NCBI GenBank assembly: GCA_963806035.1
Contig: CAWDWO010000023.1
Span: 32,001 to 96,000 of the forward strand
Source: Candidatus Krumholzibacteriota bacterium
GTDB taxonomy: Bacteria; Krumholzibacteriota; Krumholzibacteriia; JAJRXK01
DNA length: 64,000 nucleotides
Reading direction: 5' to 3'
The notes under the pieces were generated by a model. The model did not search any database. It worked only from the letters and a program-made list of their open reading frames with translations, and was not told the DNA's origin. Positions 10,231 through 20,073 of this stretch are shown piece by piece (positions within the stretch are counted from its first letter, which is position 1; each line of letters opens with the position of its first letter). The position numbers and the translations under genes are program-made.

Positions 10231-11145
10231 TCAGGGCAGGAAGAACTTGGACTTGTCCGAATCCCCGCCCTTGACGGGCTTGATCGCTTTGGTGTGCGAA
10301 GCGCTGGCCGAGAGCACCACGACTCGGTCCTCGGGCTCGGGGATCTGGAAGACCTCTTTCCCGTTCACCCGCTGCCAACCCTTCTTCGGTGGAGGCGGCT
10401 TCTCTGCCAAGAGCTCCTTGGCGCTGACGACGGGCTCGGCCTCCAGGCTGCCCAAGGCACGCTCGATGTCGGGATGAATCTCCTCGAGCTCGGGAACGAC
10501 TGGCTTTTCGGGCTTGGAGGAAGATGAGGGGTTGGTGCTGATGGATGCGCGCCGGAAGAGGCAATGCAGAAGGTCTCCGCGCAGAACTCGCGCAGCCGCG
10601 ATGAACTGCATCCGCTGCTGCTCCCCCGCGGCCGGTGCGTAGAGAACCGCGCCCTTGTCTCCGACCTCCAGGGAAATCGGTTGTAGCGGGTGGTGCATCT
10701 TGAAGGCGGCGAATTCACGCAGCACGCGCTGCACCACTTCCCTTGCCGTTGCATCCAGAGCCTGCTCCGGCGTCAGATTCCAGCCCATGTGCAAGCTGGC
10801 TGAGTCGGCTTTCTTCTGTCTGCTCAGAAGTTGTAGGCCGCGCGCGGGTGTGTGCTGGCTCAGTTCGACGAGGAACACCTCACGCATGTCGCTCCCCCAT
10901 CCCTTGCGCGCGGAGAAGTAGCGACCACTCCCATCGGTTCCCACCAGAATGTCTCTGAGTCCGGCTTTTGCCCAGTTCTCCGGCAGGGTCCTCAGGACCG
11001 TTTCGAACTCGCCTCCCTTGGGGCGATGCATGTGATGACGCTGCGCCAGGACATCGAGTCGCCTGCGCCGCCGCCACCACTGAAGGCCATAGGATCCGAT
11101 GGCCGCGGTCGCCAGAGCAAGAATGATCAGGTAGAGCCAGTGCAT
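10231..11145 (-). CDS. Hypothetical membrane-anchored protein
   Basis: N-terminal TM helix followed by RRRRR; low-complexity Pro/Lys/Glu C-terminus. Confidence 0.6.
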   Translation of the reverse strand: MHWLYLIILALATAAIGSYGLQWWRRRRRLDVLAQRHHMHRPKGGEFETVLRTLPENWAKAGLRDILVGTDGSGRYFSARKGWGSDMREVFLVELSQHTPARGLQLLSRQKKADSASLHMGWNLTPEQALDATAREVVQRVLREFAAFKMHHPLQPISLEVGDKGAVLYAPAAGEQQRMQFIAAARVLRGDLLHCLFRRASISTNPSSSSKPEKPVVPELEEIHPDIERALGSLEAEPVVSAKELLAEKPPPPKKGWQRVNGKEVFQIPEPEDRVVVLSASASHTKAIKPVKGGDSDKSKFFLP

Positions 11146-11300
11146 CGATTTAAGACCTCAGACTGCAACAGAACAGGATATGTGCCAAAAGGCCGTCAAA
11201 GCCTGGTAGAGCCGAGTCGCTCCGCGTCGTACCGCGGATGAGGTCTTGAGGGCTTAGAGTCCCTCCGCCCGTGGCAACGAAGCTGGAATTCTGCAAGTCC

Positions 11301-12590
11301 TCAGGCTTCGCCGCGATCGATGAAATGGTCGCGTTGGGGGCCGGTGGAGACGAAGCGGACCCGGCAACCCGTGAGCTTCTCCAGCTCCGTGATGTAGTTG
11401 CGGGTATTCTCCGGCAGATCCTCGAAGCGCTTGGCCCCGGAGAGTTCGCCCTCCCAGCCCGGGAATTCGGTGAAACGCGGCTTGCAACGTTCCAGCCGCA
11501 GGGCGTCATCGGGGAAAGAATCGACTCTCTCGTCGTCGATCATGTACCCCGTGCAGACCTTGATTCGTTCCATGCCGCTGAGAACGTCCAGCTTGGTCAA
11601 GGCCAGTTCGGTGGCGCCGTTGATGTCGACCGCGTACCTGGCGGCAACCGCGTCAAACCAACCGGGACGCCGCGGACGACCTGTGGTCGCGCCAAACTCG
11701 TGCCCGAGCCGTCGCAGCTCCTCTGCCTCGTCACCATGCAGTTCGGTGGGAAAGGGCCCGTTGCCCACGCGCGTGCAATAGGCCTTCATCACCAGGGTCA
11801 CCGCGCTGATGCGCCAGGGCGAAAGCCCGGTGCCAATCAGCGCTCCTCCCACCGTGCAGCTGCTAGAGGTCACGAAGGGGTAGCTCCCGTGATCGATATC
11901 CAAGAGAGTGCCCTGCGCCCCCTCCAGGAGAGCATTCCAGGCCCCGTTGCGCACGGGCGCCATGAACTCATGGGGGCTTGCGATCATCGGCCGCAGGCGC
12001 TGGGCCTGTTCCACCAGCTCGACCGCGATTGCCTCCGCCGCCAAGGCGGGGGCCTCGAAGCGCGCCGCGATGTACTGGTTCGCGCGCAGAACTTTCTCGA
12101 TCACCAAGCGCTTCAAGTTTTCATCACTGCGAAGGAGGTCCGAGGCGCGCATCCCCATGCGCGCCATCTTGTCCTCGTAAGTGGGGCCGATGCCGCAGCC
12201 GGTGGTGCCGATGCTCTTGCGCTGCAGGCTCTTTTCGCGCAGCTCGTCGACCCGGCGGTGAAAGGGCAGTACCAGGTGGGCCGAGGTGGCGATGTGGACC
12301 CGGCCTTCCACATCGATGCCCGCCTTCTTCAGTTCATCCAGTTCGTCCAGCAGGGCCCAGGTGTCCACCACCATCGCGGCCCCGAGGAAGCAGCGAACTT
12401 TTTCGTGCAGAATCCCGGTCGGGAGCAAGTGGAGCACGAACTCCTGGTTTCCCACTTTCACGGTGTGGCCGGCGTTGGCGCCGCCCTGAAAACGTGCCAC
12501 GAGATCCACGTCCGCCGCGAGGCAGTCCACGATCTTCCCCTTGCCCTCATCCCCCCACTGACCACCCAGAACCACGCGTACCGTCTGCAT
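11301..12590 (-). CDS. purA: Adenylosuccinate synthetase
   Basis: QWGDEGKGK, GGANAGHT, EGAQGTLLDIDHGSYPFVTSS, GATTGRPRRPGWFD. Confidence 0.98.
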   Translation of the reverse strand: MQTVRVVLGGQWGDEGKGKIVDCLAADVDLVARFQGGANAGHTVKVGNQEFVLHLLPTGILHEKVRCFLGAAMVVDTWALLDELDELKKAGIDVEGRVHIATSAHLVLPFHRRVDELREKSLQRKSIGTTGCGIGPTYEDKMARMGMRASDLLRSDENLKRLVIEKVLRANQYIAARFEAPALAAEAIAVELVEQAQRLRPMIASPHEFMAPVRNGAWNALLEGAQGTLLDIDHGSYPFVTSSSCTVGGALIGTGLSPWRISAVTLVMKAYCTRVGNGPFPTELHGDEAEELRRLGHEFGATTGRPRRPGWFDAVAARYAVDINGATELALTKLDVLSGMERIKVCTGYMIDDERVDSFPDDALRLERCKPRFTEFPGWEGELSGAKRFEDLPENTRNYITELEKLTGCRVRFVSTGPQRDHFIDRGEA

Positions 12591-12671
12591 CGCCTGCTTC
12601 ACCTCGCAAAAAAACACGCCTCCAACACAAGGCTGGTCGGCTGAAACAACAAGGGCTTGCACCCGGATGGA

Positions 12672-13127
12672 CTATCGGTATTTGAACTTGTTCGATTCTC
12701 CGAACACGGCCTTGAGAATACCCCAGCTCCGATCGTTGATCGAGGCACGGGTGCAGTCGACGACACCGGGGTTGCTGTTCTGTTCATTGCGCGTGGGATC
12801 CTGCACATAAGGACCTGTCCACTGCGTACCGGTGTAGTCGCCCAACTCGGCGCCGTTGATGCACTGGTCGCCGTCACTGTCGCGCTTGGCGATCTGCTCG
12901 TTCCAAACGCGACCAAGCGAATTCCAGTCGACACCGAAGGGATTCAACTGCGTTGCCAAAGAGGGATCGTTGTCGAGCGCGCTCTCGGAAGAGGTATGGC
13001 AGGTCAGACAACGTGCCGGTTCATAGGTGGGAAGACTCCACATATCCGAGCGCGTGGCCCGGGCGGAACCTGGCCCCAGCATGCCGAACAACAGAAGGCA
13101 CGAGAGCAGAAAGAGGCCTCGACGCAT
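12672..13127 (-). CDS. Secreted putative c-type cytochrome with temptin-like segment and SWGILKAVF tail
   Basis: Signal peptide ending ARA; CLTCH heme motif; LNPFGVDW...W...DSDGDQCINGAELGD. Confidence 0.75.
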   Translation of the reverse strand: MRRGLFLLSCLLLFGMLGPGSARATRSDMWSLPTYEPARCLTCHTSSESALDNDPSLATQLNPFGVDWNSLGRVWNEQIAKRDSDGDQCINGAELGDYTGTQWTGPYVQDPTRNEQNSNPGVVDCTRASINDRSWGILKAVFGESNKFKYR

Positions 13128-13284
13128 GACTCGTACGGTAGCCAGTTTCGTATCCCCCTACTCCTCGGAGGCAGTCCAGGTTCAGCGCGCCGCAGCGCGC
13201 GCGAACTCTGCACTGCCACTTACCAGAAGCATGCCAAGGAGTCCGCAGACTTGTGTTCAGTATAGAACCCCGCGGCCTGAAAGG

Positions 13285-13902
13285 TCAATCGCCCGTAGGT
13301 GGAGGATTTTCCGCAGCTTGCGGCCTCAGATGGTCCTCGACCCAGGCCCAAATCTCCTCGTGGCCCAAGCGGTCCTTGGCGGAGCTGACGATGACCCCGG
13401 TCGTCGCCGGAAGTCCCAATCCTGAAAGATGTTCCACCACTTTGTCTTCGCGCTTCGAGGCGGGGACCTTGTCCGCTTTGGTGAAAATAATGCAAAAGTT
13501 ACGGTTGAAGCGAAGCAAGTCCCGCAGCCGGGCCCGGTCGTCCGGGGTCACTCCGACCTTGAGGTCGATGAGCTGGAAGACCCCGCGCAGCTGCGAGCGG
13601 GTGGAGAGATAGGCCCGGCTGGCCCCGGCCCAGCGGCGCCGTTCGGCTTGCGAAGTGCGCGCATAGCCGTAGCCCGGCATGTCCACCAAGTGCCAGCTCT
13701 GATCCACGAGGTAGTAGCTCAGGGCGCGCGTCTTGCCGGGCTGTCCGCTCGTGTGAGCCACGCGCCGCCTACCCACCAGCAAATTGAGCAGGGAAGACTT
13801 CCCCACGTTGGAGCGGCCGCTGAAAGCCATCTCGGGCAGCTCCGAATCCGGGCAGTGGGCGAGATCGGGCGCCAGGGTGATCAATTCGACTTCGTGATGC
13901 AT
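13285..13902 (-). CDS. engB: Ribosome biogenesis GTPase YihA/YsxC
   Basis: GRSNVGKSS, PGKT, DMPGYGYA, TKADK; follows lon. Confidence 0.95.
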   Translation of the reverse strand: MHHEVELITLAPDLAHCPDSELPEMAFSGRSNVGKSSLLNLLVGRRRVAHTSGQPGKTRALSYYLVDQSWHLVDMPGYGYARTSQAERRRWAGASRAYLSTRSQLRGVFQLIDLKVGVTPDDRARLRDLLRFNRNFCIIFTKADKVPASKREDKVVEHLSGLGLPATTGVIVSSAKDRLGHEEIWAWVEDHLRPQAAENPPPTGD

Positions 13903-13907
13903 CAGCT

Positions 13908-16325
13908 TCAGTGTGTCCGGCTCTCCGTCGGACGGCTGCGTCCGGCTTTCAGCAGGGCGTCTTCTTTTGTCTCCTGCTTATCGGGCGGCAGGAGGACGAG
14001 CTCGAGCACTTCTTCCACGCGTGACACCAGATGCCACTTCAGCCCCTTGCGCACGTCCCGCGGAAGTTCGAGGTAGTCCTTCTCGTTGTCGGCGGGAATG
14101 ATGATGTGTTTGCAACCGAAGCGTTGCGCGGCCACCGCCTTCTCCGGCAGGCCCCCGATGGGAAGCACCTTCCCGCGAAGGGTCACCTCACCCGTCATGG
14201 CCATTTCGCGCCGCACCTTCCGCTCGGTCATCATGGACACCAGTGCGGTGGCCATGGCGGTCCCCGCGCTGGGTCCGTCCTTGGGCACGGCTCCCTCGGG
14301 CACGTGGATGTGGATGTCGTGCTGGTCGAGGAAGGCCTTGCTCTCGGGTACCACCGAGCGAGCGTAGCTGAGCGCGGTTCGCGCGCTTTCCCGCATCACT
14401 TCCTTCAGGTTGCCCGTCAAGGTCAGCCGGCCCTTGCCCGGCAGCGCGGAAACTTCGATCTCCAGAATCTCCCCGCCCACCGGAGTCCACGCGAGGCCGT
14501 TGACCACGCCCACCTCCGGCTCCTCCTCGACCATGCGATGCAGATACTTGGGCGCACCGAGGAAACGCTGCAGATTGCTGCGCTGGATGATGCGCGGCAT
14601 GGGACGTTTCTCGGCTTTGCGGCGCGCTACCCGGCGGCAGAGTGTCGCCAACTCGCGCTCGAGATTTCGTACACCAGCCTCCCGCGTATAGAGATTCACC
14701 GCGTCCTTTAGGGCGGATTCGCTCACCGTGAAGCGCGTGCGCTGAAGGCCGTGACTCCTGCGCACCTTGGGCAACAGGAAATTCTTCGCGATGAGAACCT
14801 TCTCGTGCTCGAGGTAGCCAGGAATGCGAATGATCTCCATGCGATCGCCCAGCGCGGGAGGAATCTGGTGCAAGACGTTCGCGGTGGTGATGAAGAAGAC
14901 TTCACTGAGGTCGAAGGGGACCTCGAGAAAGTGGTCGCTGTAGCTCTTGTTCTGTTCGGGATCGAGAACCTCGAGCAGCGCGGATGCGGGGTCACCGCGA
15001 AAGTCGCTGCCCAGTTTGTCGATTTCGTCCAGAAGGAAGACCGGATTGCGGGTACCCGCGCGCTTCAAGCCCTCCATGATCCGGCCCGGACGGCTCCCGA
15101 TGTAGGTGCGCCGGTGACCGCGGATTTCGGCTTCGTCGCGCACGCCGCCCAGACTCACGCGCACGAAATTGCGGCCCATGCTCTCGGCGATGCTGCGGCC
15201 CAAACTGGTTTTGCCGACCCCCGGAGGTCCGACGAGGCAGAGAATGGAACCCTGCAGGCGGCCGGTGAGCTTCACCACGCTCAAGAACTCGAGGATGCGC
15301 TCCTTGACCTTCTCCAGACCGTAGTGGTCGGCGTCGAGCCGCCGCCGGGCGCGGCGCGTGTCGAGTCGATCCTGGCTGCGGCTGGCCCAGGGCAGGCCCA
15401 GCAGGGTGTCGAGGTAGGTACGAACCACGGTGCTCTCGGGCGACATGGGAGCCATCTTGGCGAGACGGCCCACTTCCTTGAGCGCGATCTCGTGGGCCTC
15501 GTCGCTCATCTCGGCGCGTTCGATTCGCTTGATCAGCTCCTCGATCTCGTCGTCTTCCTCGGGCCCGTAGCCCAGCTCCTTACGGATCGCGCGCAGCTGC
15601 TCGTTGAGGTAGAACTCCTTCTGCCCCTTTTCCACCTGCTGTTTGACTTCGCCCTCGATCCTGCGCTCGACCCCGAGAATCTCGATCTCGCGTCGCAAGA
15701 TCTTGGCGAGCTCGCGCAAACGCAATGTGGTTGCCTGGTTCTCCAGAAGCTCCTGTCGCAGGGCGACTCCCACCACCAGCTGCGCGGCCACGGTATCGGC
15801 GAGAGAGTCGGGGTCCTCGATGCGCTGCACGGCCACGACGGTCTCGTCTGGAATGCGCTTGTGCAGGTGGACGTAGTCCTCGAAGAGCTCCACCACCTGG
15901 CGGCACAGGGCCTCCAACTCCGTGCTGGCGGGCTCAGTGACGACTTCACAGAGTCTGAAATCAACGGAGAGGTATCCCTCGTCCTGATGATGCGCGAGGA
16001 TTTCGGCGCGGGAGAGACCCTCGATGAGAATCTTGGTCGTTCCGTCGGGCAGACGCAGGACCTGATGGATTCGCACCAGAGTACCCATGGAGTAGATGTC
16101 TTCCGAACCGGGATCGGCGACTTCCGGCTCGCGCTGCGCGGCGACCACGAGCAACTTCTCTTCGTCGGCCGCCGCATTCAGAGCCAGGATGCTCCGCTCG
16201 CGCCCCACCAAAAGCGGCACGATGGCCCCCGGGAAGATCACCACGTCGCGCAGGGGCAACAGAGGCAAGCGGTTGGGCAATAGCCCCAGCTCCTCGGCGG
16301 TTTTGTCCTTGGTGCTCTTGCTCAT
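13908..16325 (-). CDS. lon: ATP-dependent protease La
   Basis: LPLRDVVIFP N-domain, GPPGVGKTS, PKDGPSAG catalytic Ser. Confidence 0.98.
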   Translation of the reverse strand: MSKSTKDKTAEELGLLPNRLPLLPLRDVVIFPGAIVPLLVGRERSILALNAAADEEKLLVVAAQREPEVADPGSEDIYSMGTLVRIHQVLRLPDGTTKILIEGLSRAEILAHHQDEGYLSVDFRLCEVVTEPASTELEALCRQVVELFEDYVHLHKRIPDETVVAVQRIEDPDSLADTVAAQLVVGVALRQELLENQATTLRLRELAKILRREIEILGVERRIEGEVKQQVEKGQKEFYLNEQLRAIRKELGYGPEEDDEIEELIKRIERAEMSDEAHEIALKEVGRLAKMAPMSPESTVVRTYLDTLLGLPWASRSQDRLDTRRARRRLDADHYGLEKVKERILEFLSVVKLTGRLQGSILCLVGPPGVGKTSLGRSIAESMGRNFVRVSLGGVRDEAEIRGHRRTYIGSRPGRIMEGLKRAGTRNPVFLLDEIDKLGSDFRGDPASALLEVLDPEQNKSYSDHFLEVPFDLSEVFFITTANVLHQIPPALGDRMEIIRIPGYLEHEKVLIAKNFLLPKVRRSHGLQRTRFTVSESALKDAVNLYTREAGVRNLERELATLCRRVARRKAEKRPMPRIIQRSNLQRFLGAPKYLHRMVEEEPEVGVVNGLAWTPVGGEILEIEVSALPGKGRLTLTGNLKEVMRESARTALSYARSVVPESKAFLDQHDIHIHVPEGAVPKDGPSAGTAMATALVSMMTERKVRREMAMTGEVTLRGKVLPIGGLPEKAVAAQRFGCKHIIIPADNEKDYLELPRDVRKGLKWHLVSRVEEVLELVLLPPDKQETKEDALLKAGRSRPTESRTH

Positions 16326-16344
16326 GCTTGCTCTCCTACACACT

Positions 16345-16369
16345 CAAGGCCCGCACGAGGCGGGCCTTG
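16345..16369 (-). other. 10-bp stem hairpin between clpX and lon
   Basis: CAAGGCCCGC-ACGAG-GCGGGCCTTG. Confidence 0.5.
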
Positions 16370-16408
16370 GTTGTTCATCAACAGCAGGCGCAAAGCCGCC
16401 CGCGTCAC

Positions 16409-17680
16409 TCAAGCCTCGCGAACTCGTAATTGATCACGGCCGGTATAGACGATGGGCTCTTCGCCCTCTTCGATACAGCGGCGGTTGATGACGACCTTCT
16501 GCACGTCCTTCGACGAGGGAATGTCGAACATCAGATTGAGCATGGTTTCCTCGAGGATCGCCCTCAGACCCCGCGCACCGGTCTTGCGCACGATCGCCAT
16601 TCTTGCGATCGCCCGCAGAGCATCCTCTTCCAGAATCAACTCGACGTCTTCCATTTCGAAGAGTTTCTCGTACTGACGCACGAGCGCGTTCTTGGGTTCG
16701 GTGAGAATCCGAACCATCGCATCCTCGTCGAGTTCTTCCAGAGTAGCGACGACAGGGAGTCGTCCCACCAGCTCGGGAATGAGCCCAAATTTCATGAGAT
16801 CGCCGGGTTCCATCTTTTGCAGAGTCTTGAAGCGCTTGTCCCTCTTGCTTCCGCCCTTGGTGCGCTCGAAGCCGAGGATCTTCTCGCCGGTGCGCTGCTG
16901 AATGATGCGGTCGAGGCCTTCGAAGGCGCCGCCGCAAATGAACAGGATGTCGCGCGTGTTCACTTCCAGGTACTTCTGCTGCGGATGCTTCCGTCCACCC
17001 TGCGGCGGAACGTTCGCCACCGTTCCCTCCAGAAGCTTGAGCAGAGCCTGCTGCACCCCTTCGCCCGACACGTCGCGCGTGATGGAGGGGTTGTCGCTCT
17101 TGCGGGAGATCTTGTCGATCTCGTCGATGTAGATGATTCCGCGTTCGGCAGCCGCCAGATTGTAGTCGGCGTTCTGCAACAGTTTCACGAGGATGTTCTC
17201 GACGTCTTCGCCCACGTAGCCGGCTTCGGTCAGAGCCGTTGCATCCACGATGGCAAACGGGACCTTCAGAATGCGCGCCAGAGTCTGCGCGAGCAGAGTC
17301 TTGCCGGTACCGGTCGGACCGACGAAGAGGATGTTGCTCTTGTCGAGTTCGATGTCGTCCGCGTCGTGGCGGTGGTTGATGCGCTTGTAGTGGTTGTAGA
17401 CCGCGACGGCCAGAGTGCGCTTGGCCTGCTCCTGCCCCACCACGTAGTGATCGATCAATTCCTTCATGTCCTGGGGCTTGGGAAAATCCCCGGTGTCCAG
17501 AGTATTGATCGCGGGCAGTTCGTCCTCGAGGATGTCGTTGCAGAGCTTGATGCACTCGTTGCAGATGTATACCGAAGGACCGGACACCAGCTTGGCGACC
17601 TCATCCTGTCCCCGTCCACAGAACGAGCACTTGATGACTTGAGGTGATCCGTTCTTGGTCTTCATTCCTACTCGCTCCAT
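16409..17680 (-). CDS. clpX: Clp protease ATP-binding subunit ClpX
   Basis: Zn finger CSFCGR...[30 protein letters not shown]. Confidence 0.98.
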   Translation of the reverse strand: MERVGMKTKNGSPQVIKCSFCGRGQDEVAKLVSGPSVYICNECIKLCNDILEDELPAINTLDTGDFPKPQDMKELIDHYVVGQEQAKRTLAVAVYNHYKRINHRHDADDIELDKSNILFVGPTGTGKTLLAQTLARILKVPFAIVDATALTEAGYVGEDVENILVKLLQNADYNLAAAERGIIYIDEIDKISRKSDNPSITRDVSGEGVQQALLKLLEGTVANVPPQGGRKHPQQKYLEVNTRDILFICGGAFEGLDRIIQQRTGEKILGFERTKGGSKRDKRFKTLQKMEPGDLMKFGLIPELVGRLPVVATLEELDEDAMVRILTEPKNALVRQYEKLFEMEDVELILEEDALRAIARMAIVRKTGARGLRAILEETMLNLMFDIPSSKDVQKVVINRRCIEEGEEPIVYTGRDQLRVREA

Positions 17681-17713
17681 CCAGGGACTGCGTTTCGGCG
17701 GCCGAGACTAGAC

Positions 17714-18322
17714 TCAGCCGTCCTTGCTATCCCGACCCAGTTCCTCTCGCTTCTCGATGACCTTGTCGACGATGCCGTATTCCTTGGCTTCTTCTGCCGA
17801 CATGAAGAAGTCGCGGTCGGTGTCCTTGGCGATCTTCTTGAGTGACTGCTTGGTGTGGCCGGCCAAAATCTCGTTCAATCGGTCCCGCATGTACAGGATT
17901 TCCCTGGCGTAGATCTCGATCATGGCCGCCTGTCCCTGCGAACCCCCCATGGGCTGGTGGATCATGATGCGCGCGTGGGGCAGCGCCGAACGCTTGCCGG
18001 ACGCGCCGGCCGCCATGAGGACGGCCGCCATCGAGGCCGCCTGCCCCATGCAGATCGTCGCGACATCATTGGAAATGTACTGCATGGTGTCGTAGATGGC
18101 CAAACCGGCCGAAATCACGCCACCGGGCGAGTTGATGTACAAATAGATGTCGCGGTCGGAATCCTCGGCCTGCAAAAAGAGCATCTGCGCGATGACCAAA
18201 TTTGCCACACTGTCGTCAATCGGCGAACCGATGAAGACGATTCGATCCTTGAGCAAACGGCTGTAAATATCGTACGCCCGTTCGCCGCGACCCGTTTGTT
18301 CCACCACCATGGGAACCAGCAT
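17714..18322 (-). CDS. clpP: Clp protease proteolytic subunit
   Basis: [34 protein letters not shown]. Confidence 0.98.
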   Translation of the reverse strand: MLVPMVVEQTGRGERAYDIYSRLLKDRIVFIGSPIDDSVANLVIAQMLFLQAEDSDRDIYLYINSPGGVISAGLAIYDTMQYISNDVATICMGQAASMAAVLMAAGASGKRSALPHARIMIHQPMGGSQGQAAMIEIYAREILYMRDRLNEILAGHTKQSLKKIAKDTDRDFFMSAEEAKEYGIVDKVIEKREELGRDSKDG

Positions 18323-18361
18323 CTGTGATCTCCTTGAGGGAAAGGGGCCCCGGGGCCCGCT

Positions 18362-19741
18362 CTACTTCTCGCTCTCGTCCTCGGTCTTTTCCTGTGCGGT
18401 CTCGGCTGCTTCGGCCTCGCCCGCTGCCTCCGCATCCAACTCCTCGGCGCTCTTGTGCACCACTTTCACCTGAACCTGCTCGGAGAGCCAGTCGAAAACA
18501 CGGTCCTCCTCGAGTTCCATGCGCAAATGAGCGAGCCCGTTCTTGCTCTTCAGCGCCTGCTGCACCTGCTCCACGGTGGCATCGCGCTGCGCCGCGATCT
18601 CCTCGATGCGCACCTGAAGCTCTTCCTCCCCCACCTCGATCCCCTGCGCCTTCTTGATGTGATCGACGAGCAGCCAACGCTGCGTCGCGCGGCGCGCCGA
18701 GGGCGAATAGCTCTCCGCGAGCTTCTTGCGCGTTTCCGCGTCGAAATCCCGCCCGGAACTGTGCTTCAGATCCTCGATCATCGCTTGCACGTAGCGTGCC
18801 TCGAGGGTGGGCGGAACCGCTACGGCATTCACCTTTAGAACCTCGTCGATCAACGACTCGCGGAAGTGCCGCTTGCTCTCGCTTTCGGCCGTCTTCACCA
18901 GATCGTCCCGCACCGCTACTTTCAGTTCCTCGAGAGTCTCGTACGGACCGAGACTCTTCGCGAAATCATCATCGAGCTGCGGGATCTGCTTCTCCTTGAT
19001 TTCGTTGACGCGCACTTCGAAACTCATGGTCTTGCCGGCCAAATCCTCGCGCGGATAATCGTCGGGGTAGCTCACCTCGACCTGGGTATCCTCCCCCTTT
19101 TGCAAACCCGCCAGCGCCGCGTTGAACTCGGGCAGCACGCTGGTGCCCCCCAGCTCCATCGCGTAGTTCTTGGTACGCTCGGCCTCGTTGGGCGTTCCAT
19201 CCTCGCCGAGGGGGGCATAGTCGATCATGAGGGCGTCGCCGTCGCGTGCTTCCCTTTCCACCGGGGCCCAGCTCGCATTGCGCGCGGCGATCTCCCGCAT
19301 GGCGGCCTCCACACGCTGCTCGGAAATCTCGATCTCCACCCTGTCGACCTGGCACGACTCCAGACCCTGCAGCTCGATCTCCGGACGCACCTCGATCTGC
19401 AGGTCGAAGCCCACCGGCTGCCCCTCTTCCAGACTCAACTTGTCCACCGTGGGCTCCCCCACCGGCTCCAGTTCCTCGTGGGCCCTGAGAATCTCCCGGT
19501 AGGCCTCGGGCACCACTCGTTCGAGCGACTCCCGCTCCACCTGAGCCGCATACTCGTTGCGGATGATCTTGGGAGGGACCTTGCCCTTACGGAAACCGGG
19601 ACGATTCACCTGCTTGCGCAGATCGCCCACGACCTTCTCGCGAATGGCTTCCATGTGATCGGGGCTGACGGTGACGTGCGCGACGCGCTTCCACGCCTCT
19701 TCGGCAGCCTCCAGCTGAAATTCGATTGCTTTCTCGCTCAT
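18362..19741 (-). CDS. tig: Trigger factor
   Basis: PGFRKGKVP ribosome-binding motif, FKBP domain; tRNA-Leu-tig-clpP-clpX-lon synteny. Confidence 0.95.
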   Translation of the reverse strand: MSEKAIEFQLEAAEEAWKRVAHVTVSPDHMEAIREKVVGDLRKQVNRPGFRKGKVPPKIIRNEYAAQVERESLERVVPEAYREILRAHEELEPVGEPTVDKLSLEEGQPVGFDLQIEVRPEIELQGLESCQVDRVEIEISEQRVEAAMREIAARNASWAPVEREARDGDALMIDYAPLGEDGTPNEAERTKNYAMELGGTSVLPEFNAALAGLQKGEDTQVEVSYPDDYPREDLAGKTMSFEVRVNEIKEKQIPQLDDDFAKSLGPYETLEELKVAVRDDLVKTAESESKRHFRESLIDEVLKVNAVAVPPTLEARYVQAMIEDLKHSSGRDFDAETRKKLAESYSPSARRATQRWLLVDHIKKAQGIEVGEEELQVRIEEIAAQRDATVEQVQQALKSKNGLAHLRMELEEDRVFDWLSEQVQVKVVHKSAEELDAEAAGEAEAAETAQEKTEDESEK

Positions 19742-19791
19742 CGCCTTGGCTATCCTTGGCCCTTTGGGCCGTTTGGTGGGCGGGAACTCAC

Positions 19792-19876
19792 TGGTGCGCG
19801 AGGGGGGACTCGAACCCCCACGAGTTGCCTCACAGGGACCTAAACCCTGCGCGTCTGCCAGTTCCGCCACTCGCGC
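19792..19876 (-). tRNA. tRNA-Leu(TAG)
   Basis: Reverse complement GCGCGAGTGGCGGAACTGGCAGACGCGCAGGGTTTAGGTCCCTGTGAGGCAACTCGTGGGGGTTCGAGTCCCCCCTCGCGCACCA; long variable arm. Confidence 0.97.
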
Positions 19877-19978
19877 TCCGTGGTCGTCGAACACCCCGCG
19901 TCCGCTGCCCATCCAGCGGCATAAATCCCTGTATTTTGGTGACTTAGCCGGTGAGCTCTCGGAGACGTGGGAGGATAT

Positions 19979-20007
19979 ACTATAGGTGTGAAGTGAGGGG
20001 TGGTCAA
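19979..20007 (-). promoter_or_regulatory. sigma70 promoter for tRNA-Leu/tig operon
   Basis: Minus strand TTGACC-17 nt-TATAGT. Confidence 0.7.
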
Positions 20008-20073
20008 GCCGAGCCACCCCTCATTTGTCGATGGGTTCGATACTTGTCGAAGTATCGAAGAGATAGGGGCCGC

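Noticed and set aside
11170..13240. Two sigma54-like sites on the minus strand (TGGCACATATCCTGT near 11180; TGGCATGCTTCTGGT near 13230)
   Set aside because: The -24 element is good, but both have GT instead of the conserved GC at -12; not enough support
14751..16283. Long antisense ORFs (also 11271-12644, 22212-23573, 51170-52669, 59118-60533 and others)
   Set aside because: Shadow frames opposite well-conserved genes, expected from high-GC codon bias; no motifs
19742..20017. 92-aa N-terminal extension of trigger factor
   Set aside because: It overlaps tRNA-Leu and its promoter; the real start is ATG 19741
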